Below, in pieces: positions 21,016 to 32,900 of a DNA stretch of 64,000 nucleotides (the first letter of the stretch is position 1; the number at the start of each line of letters is the position of its first letter). The stretch lies in IMG/VR virus record IMGVR_UViG_2806310815_000005; one strand, given 5' to 3'. Made by a program: the position numbers and the translations under genes. The notes under the pieces are model-generated. The model saw only the letters and a list, made by a program, of their open reading frames with translations. It searched no databases and was not told the DNA's origin. Source of the stretch: an uncultured virus (IMG/VR IMGVR_UViG_2806310815_000005). Its lineage: Duplodnaviria > Heunggongvirae > Uroviricota > Caudoviricetes.

Positions 21016-23907
21016 ATGGCAAGAAAAAAATATTCACGCAAAAAATATAAAAATGGTGTAAACCTGAATGCAACAGGGTATACTAAAAACACACCTACAG
21101 CAGAGAACAACTACAATTTGATACCGTCAAATAATATAACGATGGATAACACTACAGGTGATCTTCTTGCTATGCCGTTAGATGAAAATGGTAACGTTAT
21201 TGGAATGGAGTTTATGAAGCAAGGTAAAGACTACAAATTTCCAAATGCAGAGTCTGTGTTAGAAGTACCTCAATATCAAACAGGAGTAGATTTTATGAAT
21301 ATGAATCCTTGGACAAACCTACAACAACCGCCAGAATATCAAGGATTACCATTAAGAGCTGGTGTCACAAAAGAGCAGGTTAATAGCAGGGTATCTAGCC
21401 CCTATACTATGCCTAATGAAGCAGTTTATAAAAATACAGGTATATCATATAACACAGGGGAAGTAGATCCAAACACAGTTTCGCAATGGGAATTAGACGA
21501 AGCAAATGCAACAGGAGACTGGTTAGATAAGAATATAGTTAGTCAAGATACAACAAAAGTAGATGATTTTATTAGTAAAAACTATGAAAACGAGATGGCT
21601 AACTATGACCCTAACCAAGGTATAAACAGGGATATCCAAAACCCGCCTAAAACCCAATTTTTCAATCCTTATGGGGGAGTAGACATACCAACCGCAGCAA
21701 ATGTATTAGGTCAATCTATTGAATCAGGGAATACTTTAGGCACAGTAGCAAGTTCTTTAAAACTGGTTACAGGGCTAGGAAGAAATATCTTAGGTGGTAT
21801 AGGACAAGAGAGACAAAATCAATATGGTATTCAGGATTATCAAGATGAGCAGAGAAGAGGTATGACACAAGCATCGTATCAAGACGGAGGTATGGCTCAC
21901 AATGATGTACAAAATATAAACACCTCAACAGGAATAGGTTTTGAACCAACAACAGTAAACAGACTATTTGAAAGAATACCAGAGGTTAGCCCATCAGAAG
22001 CAGAAGTAGTGAAGTTAGGAAAGTATGGAGATAAAAAATATTTTGACATTATGTCTAATAAAGACAACAAGGTAATACTTAACCCAACAGCAAATAACCC
22101 TCAAAGTTCTGAGAATATGAATTCGTACTTACCATACCTAAGAGACTTAAACCCAGGTATGGACATATCATTTAATTATAATGCAAGGGGGAATAGGATG
22201 CAAGAAGGAGGTACTAACCAATACCAAGGTGCAGGTTCTGAAACATTGCCTATTGAAAAAATAGCAACAGGGGAGTATTCAGGAGAAACACCAAACACAC
22301 CTAACTCAGAAATTGAAGGAGGAGAGTACAGAAAAAATCCTGATGGAGAAGTTACAGAAGTACTCGGAAAATCTCACGAGCAAGGAGGAGTACCTGCTGA
22401 TTTAGAACAAGGGACAAAGATACTTTCTGACCACACTAAACTAGGAGCGGATAAAGCTAAGATGTTCAGAGAAGATTTTGACTTAGATATAAAAGCAAAA
22501 GACACTTATGCAGATGTGTTAGACAACTTTAAAAAGAAATCAGGTTTAAATAAGATTTCAAAAGAAATTGAAGATTTAACTAAAAAAGTAGAAAAAGAAA
22601 CGGAGAAAGAAGATTCTGCTACAAAAGAAATAAACTTAGAATTTTTATCTGAAAAAATCAAAGAATTAGAAGAGAAAAGAAAACCATTATCTGCTGCTAA
22701 AGAACAACTATTTAATAAAGCTTTTGAACTACAAGAGGGATCTAAATCTAAAGAAGAACAAACAGAAGAGTTTAAAATGGGCGGTGTAATGGATTTAGCA
22801 AAACAATATGACATAGAACCTGAAAGAGCAAAAGAACTTATTAAGAAGTACCAAGCAGGAGGTTTTGTACAGCCAGGAAGAGGTCTACCAAATGTTCCAG
22901 AAGGTCAGTCAATAAACCCTCAAACAGGGTTAGCGGGTAATGTAGATAGTAATTTATATCAAATAGCACAACAAAGAAACCCTTGGTTTGATTTTACAAA
23001 CTTTAATCCTCAAAACCAACAGCAAGTATTAAACTACCAAAAAGAATTTAATAAACGTTCAGGAAGTGGTATTAAACTGCAAGAGGATGGCATATTTGGA
23101 GAACAAACTCAATCCGCAGTATTAGGTCAGCAAGCAATAGGTATAACAGGTTCAAAACAACAAGGAGATTTACCACAAAGAGCTCAAATAACTACATCAG
23201 GTACTTTAAACCGTCCCGCCACTATTACACCACAAGAGAGACAAGTTATTGCAGACAAGGTAGCAAAAGGAGAGCCGTTAACAGAGCAGGAGAAACAAAA
23301 AATGAACCTACTTGCTTTACCTGAACAAAACCCTGTTATGCCAGGAGCACTACAACCCGTATTAAAAACAGAAAGAAGGTATGGAAGAATAGATCCAACT
23401 ATGGTAGACCCCACGCAACAATTAGCTGAAATAGACAGAAGCGCACAAGCAGTACAATCAGCAGTTAATCAAGCACCTGATGCCTCTAGAAATGCAACTT
23501 TAGCTCAAATATCAGCTAACACTCAGCAAGCTTCAAATCAAGCAGTAGCGCAGGCTAACCAAACTAATGCTCAAAGACAACAACAAGCAGATGCCTTTAA
23601 CATCAGACAAGGTGATAGAGAGCAACAAGCCTCTGCACAAGATGCACTAAGTTACGAACAAAGAATGTTTGGGGCTATGGCGAATACAGAAGCTGATATC
23701 AGAGATTATTTAGAAACACTACAACGTCAGAATCTAGCTAACTATAATAAAGTCAATGAGTTGAATTATCTAAATCAATTATCTGATAATTTTCAATTTA
23801 CAGGAAGCGGTTTTGAGCAGGTAGGGGAGTTCGACCCAATAGAATATGCTAGAAGAGTCAGGTTAGCGCAATCAGGTATAATCCCTACAAAAACAACTAC
23901 TACGTAA
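21016..23907 (+). CDS. putative virion cargo/ejection protein (963 aa)
   Basis: EIEGGE..GKSHEQGGV motif, coiled coil, Q/A-rich tail, repeated (Y/F/M)xxGG motifs; position in the cargo block. Confidence 0.6.
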   Translation: MARKKYSRKKYKNGVNLNATGYTKNTPTAENNYNLIPSNNITMDNTTGDLLAMPLDENGNVIGMEFMKQGKDYKFPNAESVLEVPQYQTGVDFMNMNPWTNLQQPPEYQGLPLRAGVTKEQVNSRVSSPYTMPNEAVYKNTGISYNTGEVDPNTVSQWELDEANATGDWLDKNIVSQDTTKVDDFISKNYENEMANYDPNQGINRDIQNPPKTQFFNPYGGVDIPTAANVLGQSIESGNTLGTVASSLKLVTGLGRNILGGIGQERQNQYGIQDYQDEQRRGMTQASYQDGGMAHNDVQNINTSTGIGFEPTTVNRLFERIPEVSPSEAEVVKLGKYGDKKYFDIMSNKDNKVILNPTANNPQSSENMNSYLPYLRDLNPGMDISFNYNARGNRMQEGGTNQYQGAGSETLPIEKIATGEYSGETPNTPNSEIEGGEYRKNPDGEVTEVLGKSHEQGGVPADLEQGTKILSDHTKLGADKAKMFREDFDLDIKAKDTYADVLDNFKKKSGLNKISKEIEDLTKKVEKETEKEDSATKEINLEFLSEKIKELEEKRKPLSAAKEQLFNKAFELQEGSKSKEEQTEEFKMGGVMDLAKQYDIEPERAKELIKKYQAGGFVQPGRGLPNVPEGQSINPQTGLAGNVDSNLYQIAQQRNPWFDFTNFNPQNQQQVLNYQKEFNKRSGSGIKLQEDGIFGEQTQSAVLGQQAIGITGSKQQGDLPQRAQITTSGTLNRPATITPQERQVIADKVAKGEPLTEQEKQKMNLLALPEQNPVMPGALQPVLKTERRYGRIDPTMVDPTQQLAEIDRSAQAVQSAVNQAPDASRNATLAQISANTQQASNQAVAQANQTNAQRQQQADAFNIRQGDREQQASAQDALSYEQRMFGAMANTEADIRDYLETLQRQNLANYNKVNELNYLNQLSDNFQFTGSGFEQVGEFDPIEYARRVRLAQSGIIPTKTTTT

Positions 23908-23973
23908 TATAAAAAGATTTAAGGTTTTTGCTTATTCAGTAAAGATTTCATAGTTTTACAAAAAATTCAACAA

Positions 23974-26943
23974 TTGGCAAATTACACATCAAGAGTAGCT
24001 AGAAGACAACAATTGGCAAGCCCTATTAACACGGAGGCTATTGGTTTTGTGCTACAAAGTAAGGAAGCAGCTTGGGACAGAAATCAGGCAAAATTAGATA
24101 GTATACTTAATCAAGTAGGGTCTTTAGATTTACTACGGTCTGAGGACAAAGAGTACGTTCTAGGTAATGTTGAAAGAATGTTAGGGTCTATAAACAATGT
24201 AGGCTCTTTAGACTTATCTTCTGACCAAGTGGGAAGAGGTTTAGAAAATGCCGTATTAGACAGCATAGACGATTATACTATAAACCAAGTAGCAATAGCA
24301 AGACAGAAAAAAGCTTTTGATTCCACCATACTTCAAGCGCAAAAAGACGGTACATACAATCAAATGAATCATCAAGTAGCCTTAAAGAGAGCAGGCTACG
24401 ATTCTTATATGAAAGGAGATACAGACACTTTAGGTTCTCTACAGTATAACCCATACATAGATGTTAGTAAAACTTTGGATGAAGAGATACAAAAAAATCT
24501 AAAATTATTTGGTATTGAGAGAACTACTATGGAAGGAGGACAAGATGGATTTGTACATAAAAACACAAGAAACGTAGTATCAAGAGACAGAATTCAGAGA
24601 ATAATCCAAGGATCAATGACCGCTGAAATGCAAAATCAGTTAGGTATCGAAGCTGAATATTCTTACGGAGATGCTGCGCCAGAAGTACAACAAGATATAA
24701 CAACAAGATATTCTCAAAAAATAAGCAGTGATATAAGAAGTATTGATTCTGCAATAAGCGAACTAGAAAACGAAAAGAGCCAAAACACAGGCACACCTAA
24801 AGAAGCAGAATTACTCGATAACATAAACCTGTTAAAAGAACAAAAACAGTCTCTACAACAAAGACAGGAACAGGGTTTTGATTACAAAACAGCCTACACA
24901 AACTACTACAACGAAAACTTCCTAGAGTCTAAATATAGTAAATATGAAACTAATGAATTAATAGATACAGAGATAGATAAAAGCTTTTTAGAACTTCAAA
25001 AGGCACAAGCAGCAGCGCAGAAAAAAGCAACATCGCAACCAAACACAGCTTTCACAGATAGTGTAATAGATTTAGGAGTACAAACAGAAGACAGCTTACC
25101 AGATCAAGTAAGCCAACTAGAAACCACTTTTTCTCAATCTTATGATAATTTTAAGAGCCAAGTAGTAAGCGAAATACAAAGCGGTAATTTAGATTTTATA
25201 AACTTCTCTCAGTATAGCAGTTTATCACCTGAAGACCAAGATAAGCAAGTACAAAAAATATACGATATTATAAACCAAGGGCAGGATTTAAAAAACTCTT
25301 ATCCTAAAAGTTTAGTAGAAGCAGCACAATCTTATAAAAGTGCCAGAGAGAATTTTGACGCTACCATAAACCCTATGCAGGAGGCAGTAGCTAAAATGAC
25401 TCAAGGTATGTATGAGGGACTGCAAGAGGCGCATAAAAGAGGTGGCTTTAATCCAAATAATTTTAGACAAACAGAAGTTGCTCAAGCTATTAAAAATGGT
25501 GTAGACTTCAACAACATCAAATCTAATAAAAAACAGTTTACTAAGATACAGATAGGGCTTATAGACCAAATATTAAGAGAAGACTTACAAGGCAATGATG
25601 GCGTATTTGGTATTGAAGGACAAAACGAAAAAATGCTGAGATTAACTAGAGACAGGCTTCTAGCAACACTACCTAAATCTGAACAAGGAGAATATGTTAG
25701 TACAAAAGTAGTAGGACAATCTTCTTTTTCAAATTTCTTTGGTGGTATAGGAGACTTAGCAGCAAACACTCTTCAAGGCATAGCTAATTTTTTTAAAGGG
25801 GACATACCACAAGAACAAGTGGAGGAGCATTATAGAAGAGGGTCTGAAGCAGTAGATAGATTAAGAGAAACATATAAAGAAAGGTCTTACTTAAATACAG
25901 CTAAAGATATAATAGGGGATATAGGAACAGGGCAGCCCTTTCAATCGGGTTCAACAGAAGATAAATTTTTAAGAGACATAGACTCTAATATTTTTGAAAG
26001 AGATTTTTATGTAAAAAATGCACAAGGACAATTCGAGGGTAAGGGATTAGATGAATTTTTAAAAGAGACTGTTGGAGGGGCTATGACTACTGTAACCACA
26101 GAAGCAAAGAACAGAGTAAATAACCTTGAATCTAGACTAGGTGTTGTATTAAACACGAACCTAGTGGGAGCAGATTCTGCACCTATAAGAAACGCAGGAA
26201 AATCTTTAATAAATAAAGCAGTTGCAAAACAAAAAATAGATGTATCGGATATAAATGAAGACCTAGTTTATTTTAGCTATGATAAAAACACAGCAACAGC
26301 AACAGTCAATTTAGTAGAAAAAGATGGAGATAGAGTACCAGTACTTTTTAAACTTTCAGAATTAGACCCTCAAATTCAAAACAGCCTAGTTACTGAAATA
26401 GAAAATACAGCATATAATGCAATGAGTAACCCTGCTGCTCAATCACACAAATACCACTCCACTGTATTTGAATCTGAAAATGAGAAGTTACAAACTATAA
26501 ACAAGTTAATGCAGTCGGGTGACATAGATTATGATTTATATCAAGTATATAGAGACAATCTAGACGGCTTAGGTTATGATAAAGACGACATATTACTTGA
26601 AGCAAAAACAGCAAAAAGAGAAAGTGCAGAAGGACAAGCCTATCTTACTAATGAATACCCAAAAGCTATTGAGAATTTAATGAGTGGAAGATATAGATTT
26701 AAAGTAGAGTATAACCCTGTATATGGAAAAGGTTATTTTGCAGAGACTTTCTTAGAAGACTCTATGAATCCTCAAAATAGAATACCTCTTATGTCTCCTC
26801 AACCTATGGGAGAGCACGTAAAACCTACAGTAGCTAAATTAGATGCTTTTGCAAAACAAGCCTATGCTATGGGAGCTTTATTTGAAGGTTATCAAAAAAA
26901 TGATAAAGGGGCTTTAAAGATTTTCCAACAATTGAATAAATAA
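23974..26943 (+). CDS. putative virion cargo/ejection protein (989 aa)
   Basis: Long helical-looking ORF with TTG start, in the cargo block. Confidence 0.55.
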   Translation: MANYTSRVARRQQLASPINTEAIGFVLQSKEAAWDRNQAKLDSILNQVGSLDLLRSEDKEYVLGNVERMLGSINNVGSLDLSSDQVGRGLENAVLDSIDDYTINQVAIARQKKAFDSTILQAQKDGTYNQMNHQVALKRAGYDSYMKGDTDTLGSLQYNPYIDVSKTLDEEIQKNLKLFGIERTTMEGGQDGFVHKNTRNVVSRDRIQRIIQGSMTAEMQNQLGIEAEYSYGDAAPEVQQDITTRYSQKISSDIRSIDSAISELENEKSQNTGTPKEAELLDNINLLKEQKQSLQQRQEQGFDYKTAYTNYYNENFLESKYSKYETNELIDTEIDKSFLELQKAQAAAQKKATSQPNTAFTDSVIDLGVQTEDSLPDQVSQLETTFSQSYDNFKSQVVSEIQSGNLDFINFSQYSSLSPEDQDKQVQKIYDIINQGQDLKNSYPKSLVEAAQSYKSARENFDATINPMQEAVAKMTQGMYEGLQEAHKRGGFNPNNFRQTEVAQAIKNGVDFNNIKSNKKQFTKIQIGLIDQILREDLQGNDGVFGIEGQNEKMLRLTRDRLLATLPKSEQGEYVSTKVVGQSSFSNFFGGIGDLAANTLQGIANFFKGDIPQEQVEEHYRRGSEAVDRLRETYKERSYLNTAKDIIGDIGTGQPFQSGSTEDKFLRDIDSNIFERDFYVKNAQGQFEGKGLDEFLKETVGGAMTTVTTEAKNRVNNLESRLGVVLNTNLVGADSAPIRNAGKSLINKAVAKQKIDVSDINEDLVYFSYDKNTATATVNLVEKDGDRVPVLFKLSELDPQIQNSLVTEIENTAYNAMSNPAAQSHKYHSTVFESENEKLQTINKLMQSGDIDYDLYQVYRDNLDGLGYDKDDILLEAKTAKRESAEGQAYLTNEYPKAIENLMSGRYRFKVEYNPVYGKGYFAETFLEDSMNPQNRIPLMSPQPMGEHVKPTVAKLDAFAKQAYAMGALFEGYQKNDKGALKIFQQLNK

Positions 26944-26949
26944 AACCAA

Positions 26950-29900
26950 ATGCTAGATAATAATATATCTTCAAATAATACTACTTTAGATTCTGTTGAA
27001 ACTTCAATTAAGGATAAATACCCCATACAAGGATCTCAACCTAAAAAAGCCATATTTAATGGTGCAGATTATTTAAGAGCAAAGGATGCAGGAAAGATTG
27101 ATTTATCGCCTGCAAATATAAAACAAGAAGAAATCTATACTCCACTTAGTTCGGGAGAGATGGTGTCAAAATACCCTACCTATATACAAGGTTTAGACAA
27201 TGAGCAGAGACTAGCACAACAACAGTCTACCGCAGAAAAGTGGGGTAACGGGTTATTAAAATTAGGGGGTAAAACACTAACTGCTGTTGCGGGTGGTACA
27301 TTAGGCGTAGTAGAAGGCGTAATAAATGGTGTAAGCGAAGGGTCTTTAGAAGCAACTTACAATAGTGATTTCAGTAAGTGGTTAGACGACCTTAACACTA
27401 AAATGGACTATAACCTTCCTAATTATTACACTCAACAAGAAAAAGATGCAGGTTTTGTAGAATCACTAGGAACAGCAAACTTTTGGGCAAATGATCTAAC
27501 AGAAGGATTATCTTTTACATTAGGAACTATTGTTTCAGAAGGTATTTGGGCTTATGCTACAGGGGGGTCATCGTTATTAGCAAAAGGGTTTTTAGGTAAT
27601 ACTGCTCGTTGGGGAAGTAAAGCCTTGTCAAAAGGTGATTCTCTAAAAGCCTTGTCAAAGTACAAAGATATTGTAAGACCTCTTATAGCTACAGGAGATA
27701 AAGCAGCAGTAGCAAATGCAAGACAAGCTTATACGAGAGGATTAAAACTCTCTCAAATGGCAGATAATGCTCGTTTTTTAGCTACATCAGCAGGTTACGA
27801 AGCAGGCGTAGAATCTCGTCATTACATAAAATCAACTACAGAGAATTGGTTAAATAACTACGAAGATTTAAATGGTAAACCTCCTTCTCAAGAAGAGATA
27901 ACAAGATTCCAATCAGAACTACAAGATACAGCCAACGCAATATTTGGAGCAAACTTGGCATTAGTCGGGTCTTCTAATTTAGCAGTTTTTGGTAATATTT
28001 TAAAAGGAACACCAATAAACCAAACAGTAAAAAACAGCGTTTTTAAGAACAAAATACTAGGTGTAGGGTACAAGACTACCGAAGCAGGTAAGAAAGTTGC
28101 TCTAGAGGCTACAAAAGCACAAAAAATAGCTAGAAAAGCTTATGTGTTTGGTAAGTATTCTTTGTTAGAAGGTGTTGTAGAAGAGGGAGGACAAGGGGTA
28201 TTCACAGCAACGGGAGAAAACTACATGCTTGATACTTACAAAACTGAAAATATCAATGATTCCATCTCTATGGCAGATTCTATGATAAAAGGTTTTGAAG
28301 AGTCCTACGGCACTAAACAAGGTAGAAAAGGTATCGGTATTGGTATGATAGTAGGCCTGTTTGGAGCGGGTATATCTACAAGAGGCAGGTTTGATGAATC
28401 TTCAGCAGAGCAAAAAGAGATTGAGCAATTAGTTGAATACTCAAATGCTGTAACTAATGACTTAGTACTAGAGCGTATAAAAGCAAACAGTAGAATAAAA
28501 AACGCCAATGACAAATTAACCAAAGCACAAAGAGACGGAAATGTAATAGAAGAAACTCTAGCACAAAATGAGATGTTGTATGCTAAAGCTATTAGAGATA
28601 TTCGTTTAGGTGGTTTAGAAGCAGGTTATGCAGACTTTGAAGCTTACTTGAATAAAACCTCTGACGAAGAGATACTAAATACCACAGGAGAAACAAATGC
28701 TGATGAATACCGAGCAAAAGCATTAGAAGAGTATAAAAGAGTGGGTAATGTAGCACAGCAGAATTTAAACTTTGCTGAAAATATGTTAGGTACTACTCCA
28801 TTAGCAGGAGATACAAGTGAGTCTAACGTGAAGACTATCGCTGAGGCGGTGGCTTATAATATGACTATGTTAGACGTTTCTGGCAACATTACTTCAAACA
28901 TAGCTCAAAACTTAAAAGAGCTTATAGCTGAAAATTTAGACGTCGACTTAGCAAACACAGTTTCGGTTGAACAAGCTTTAAAGAATGTAGGTAAAGAACG
29001 GTATAATGAGTACAAAACAGCTAGAAAGAAAGTAGAACTGTCTCAACAGAAAATAGACAAGCTTAACACTCAAATACTAAATACCCAAACTGCGTTTGAA
29101 TCAGAAAATACAGAAGGTAAGGCTCAGAAATTAAATGAGTTAAATAAAGAATTAGTAGCTGAACAACAAAGACTAGAGCAATTAAATCAAGAAAAAGAAG
29201 TAGCTTTTAGGCTTTCAAATATACCAAACCTTTCTAATGGAGAAGTTACTATGGATATGCTTGATAGTCAGCAACAAAATCTCCAAAGACTTGAAAAAGG
29301 TTTAACCGTAATCAGCCCTCAAAACAAAGAACTAGCTAATAATCTATTTAAGAGATATGAAGATGCTGTCAAAAAAGAAGCAGCTTACGGAGCAACAGTA
29401 GAAGTAATACTAGATCCAAAATCAAGAGCCTCCCATTTAAATGGATGGTTATCAAAACTTGCAAATAAAAATAAGAACTTACCAGACACTATAAAAAGAC
29501 TTATAGAGGATAACACTAATTCTTATGAGGAGAACCAAATACGGGCTGTCGAAAACACAACAAATGATCAAAACGAGGCTGTAACTGAGGTTGTAGATGA
29601 TGCTGAAAATGATGCTGTAAACCAAAAAACCTCCATTGAAAATCAAGAACAGTTAATAGATAATTTTATAAAAGAGCAAGATTACCTTACAAAGTATTTA
29701 GGCGAGGATATAAAAAATAATAAATCTATTGACCAAAAAGATGTTGAAAGATACAACGAACTTTTAGGTAAAGCATCGACAGACCCTCAACAAATTGTTA
29801 GAGAACCTTTTCAAGAGGGTAGAGGACTTACAGAAGAAGAAACACAAGAGTTAAAAGATTTAAATAGAAAATTAAACGATTGGCAAACCATTAAAGGAAG

Positions 29901-32900
29901 TGGTATTGCTGATGAATTAGATTTGTTAGAGCAACTTAAAAAACAAGTAAACGCAGAGCAAACTTCCCCAAAAACAACAGTTCAAAACATTGTTAAAGCG
30001 GGGGATGGGCAGAATGCATCGGGAGCAGGTGACTACAACTCTAATGTAAACACAATACAAAACCCTTCAGAAAAAGGTATAAAATACAATAAAACAGATA
30101 ACACTTGGGAATTAGTGCATACTAAACCTGAGTCATTAACTGAAATAATACCTGATTCCACTCTAGAAGGAGATTTATCGGGAGAAGTAGGTACTGAATT
30201 TACTCTAACAAAAGGAGACAATACCGTTAAGTTTAAAGTAACTGAGTACAATAGATTGTCAGCAAATAGAGAAGCTTTTGATAAAGTACTTGAAGGGAGC
30301 GGCACTACAATACTAAACTTTGAAACTTCTAATTATATGCCTCTTTATAGAGACGGAGTTCCTTTACAAGGAGATTTTGGATTTGTAATTGATGGTGAGG
30401 CGTTTGTATTAGACGAGGGGGCAGCTTATGATTTAAAACCAGAGGATACTTTAATAGCAGAACTTAACTTAAAAGATGAGTTTAATAAAAAACTTTTAGA
30501 AGATTATCGAGCAGGGAAAATAACTAAAAAAGAGTTAACTGACAGGCTATCTATACAAGTTAAACCTAAAAATAATCCGAATACAAGATTGGGAGTATTA
30601 AGAGGGTTAGGAGAAAAAAACAGTAATTCTCCTTCAGTGGCTGCTATGGCTCAATTAAGAGACAGTTTATTAGAAAAAATAGATAAAAGAGATAGTGATA
30701 TAATAGATTTAGGAATAAACATTCCTGTAAATAAAATACTTATAGGTTCTCCTAATGTAAGATTAAACCAAGACGGGAATCCTCAAACCATCGCTTTTAA
30801 TTCTGACTCTATAAAGCAAGTTGTAGCAACAGGATATACTGTAGCAGGTAATTTTGATCCAGAAGCAGCACAAGGTAGTACAGTAAGGCTAAACAAAGAG
30901 CTTAAAGATGTAAAAGATGTCTACGTAAGACGAGTAGCAGAGATGCCTGAAAATCAAGGTAAAAAAATACCAACAGTAGTATTTAAATATAGAAACACAC
31001 TTATTGCATTTCCTGTAGATTTAATAGAGACAGAAACAGCTTTAGCAGAGCAAGGTAATGATATTCTAGACTTAAACATATCATCTTCACAAAAAGCAAC
31101 AAAGTTTGTAAAACTATTACAAGACAATAAATTAAACCCAAGTGATTTTAATATAAACTTTGCACAAGAGGGGTGGGAAAATACTTCTCAAACTCAGAAT
31201 GCTTTGGATGCATTGGGGTCAGTTACTTCTTTTGCAGATGTAGAGTCTTGGAGACAAAAAGGCTTTAATCCTGTTAATCTTATAGATCAAGCAGAGATAT
31301 CTGTTGATTTAACAAACAAGCCTTTACTATCGGGTAAGGTGGTTATTAGGTTAGAAGATAGAACTCCTTATGATGACAGAGTGGTACGTCAAAAGTATAA
31401 AAATAGAATAGAACAAGAAAGAATAGATTTAACTGAAGAACTTAGTCAGGAAGCTATTGATATAGATAACCAGTTTCAAAATACAGATGAGTTAGGATTA
31501 ACAGTAAAAGAAGAAGATAGCGAGTTTTTAATAGCTATCCAAGATGAAGGTACGATCAAAACCCCTACAACAGATGTAGAAAAAAGAAGTAATGCAAATA
31601 AACTGAGAAATGCTTTAACAAAAAGTATTCCTAGAAAAATTAGAAATATAATTGGTTCTGAAAAAATAAAAGAACTGAGAGATAAGTTCAGAAAACTAGA
31701 TAAATTACAAGAACAAGAAAGTGAGATACCTACAGAAATATTCCCGCTTTCAGATACACAAATAAATCAGTTGACAATGTCTTTAGCAAGCACTCCATTC
31801 AATACATCGGAGGACTTATTTTTTGCGCTAAGAAAAGCTTTTATAACACCAACAGGATTTAATCCTACAGTAGAAAGTATGGTGGAGTCAGGTCTTTACA
31901 ATCAAGTAGAGGCAGAGACTTTGTTTGCAAATACAGACAAAATGGAGGAGATAAAGACTTTAATTGATCAGTTAAATGTAACTGAGGAAATTATAGAAAG
32001 TAATTTCACCCAAGATGAGAGATTTATTTCAAATAATGGAAGTTTAGATATTATAGGAAAGCTTGAAACTTCAAATTCTTATGTAAATAAACAAGAAGCA
32101 CTAGATTTATTGGGGGGTATTAAAGACCGACAAATCTTTGAAGATGAACTTAATAAATCAGACTTAGACTATCTTAAAGATTCTTATGATAGAACTAAAG
32201 GTACAGATGAAGATATTTTCATAGAATTTTCTATGTACGATAGAGTACCTGTAAGATCCGAAGCAACTGAGGCTCAACAAATGTTAGAGGAGACCTTAAC
32301 TCCTGATGAAGCTCCGCAAGAATTATTAGATGTATTGGATACTATAATAGGTATTAATACAAATACAACAACTTTATCCAACAGTGAGATAGCTGTAATT
32401 ACAAATGAAACTTTAGAGATAGCAAAAACAGCAGGTTTAGACCTACTTAATTTACGAGGAGAAAGTTTAGAAAATTTAAAACCACTTTTTACAAGTCTGG
32501 CAGATTTTTTACAGTTTCAAGATGAAAGATCTTTTAATAATTTTCTAGTAGAATATAATAAGATAAACAATCTACCTCAAGTAGAAACAGAATTAGTAAT
32601 TGTAAACGAAGTTAATCGTAATACAAATGGTATGGTTTATTATGAAACCAATGAGACTACTTACGAAGTTTTTGAAAATGAAGGGTTAGTACCACTAGGA
32701 GATAATGTGTACAAGCAAGTTCAAGATAAAACTTTAGATGTATTGTATACAGAAGTATCTCAACAAACAGGACAATCAATACAAGAACTTAGAAATCAAG
32801 TTATAGAGGAATCAAAATTTATTGAAAAACCTGAAGAGTATTCTTCGGAAACCTTAGAAATAATCACCCTTCATAGAATTCAAAATCAAGGTGTTATAAA

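Noticed and set aside
26521..26535. DIDYD in the 989-aa protein as an RNA polymerase DxDxD loop
   Set aside because: It lacks the DFD core and appears to sit in helical context; chance occurrence is likely. A structure prediction would be needed to exclude it fully.
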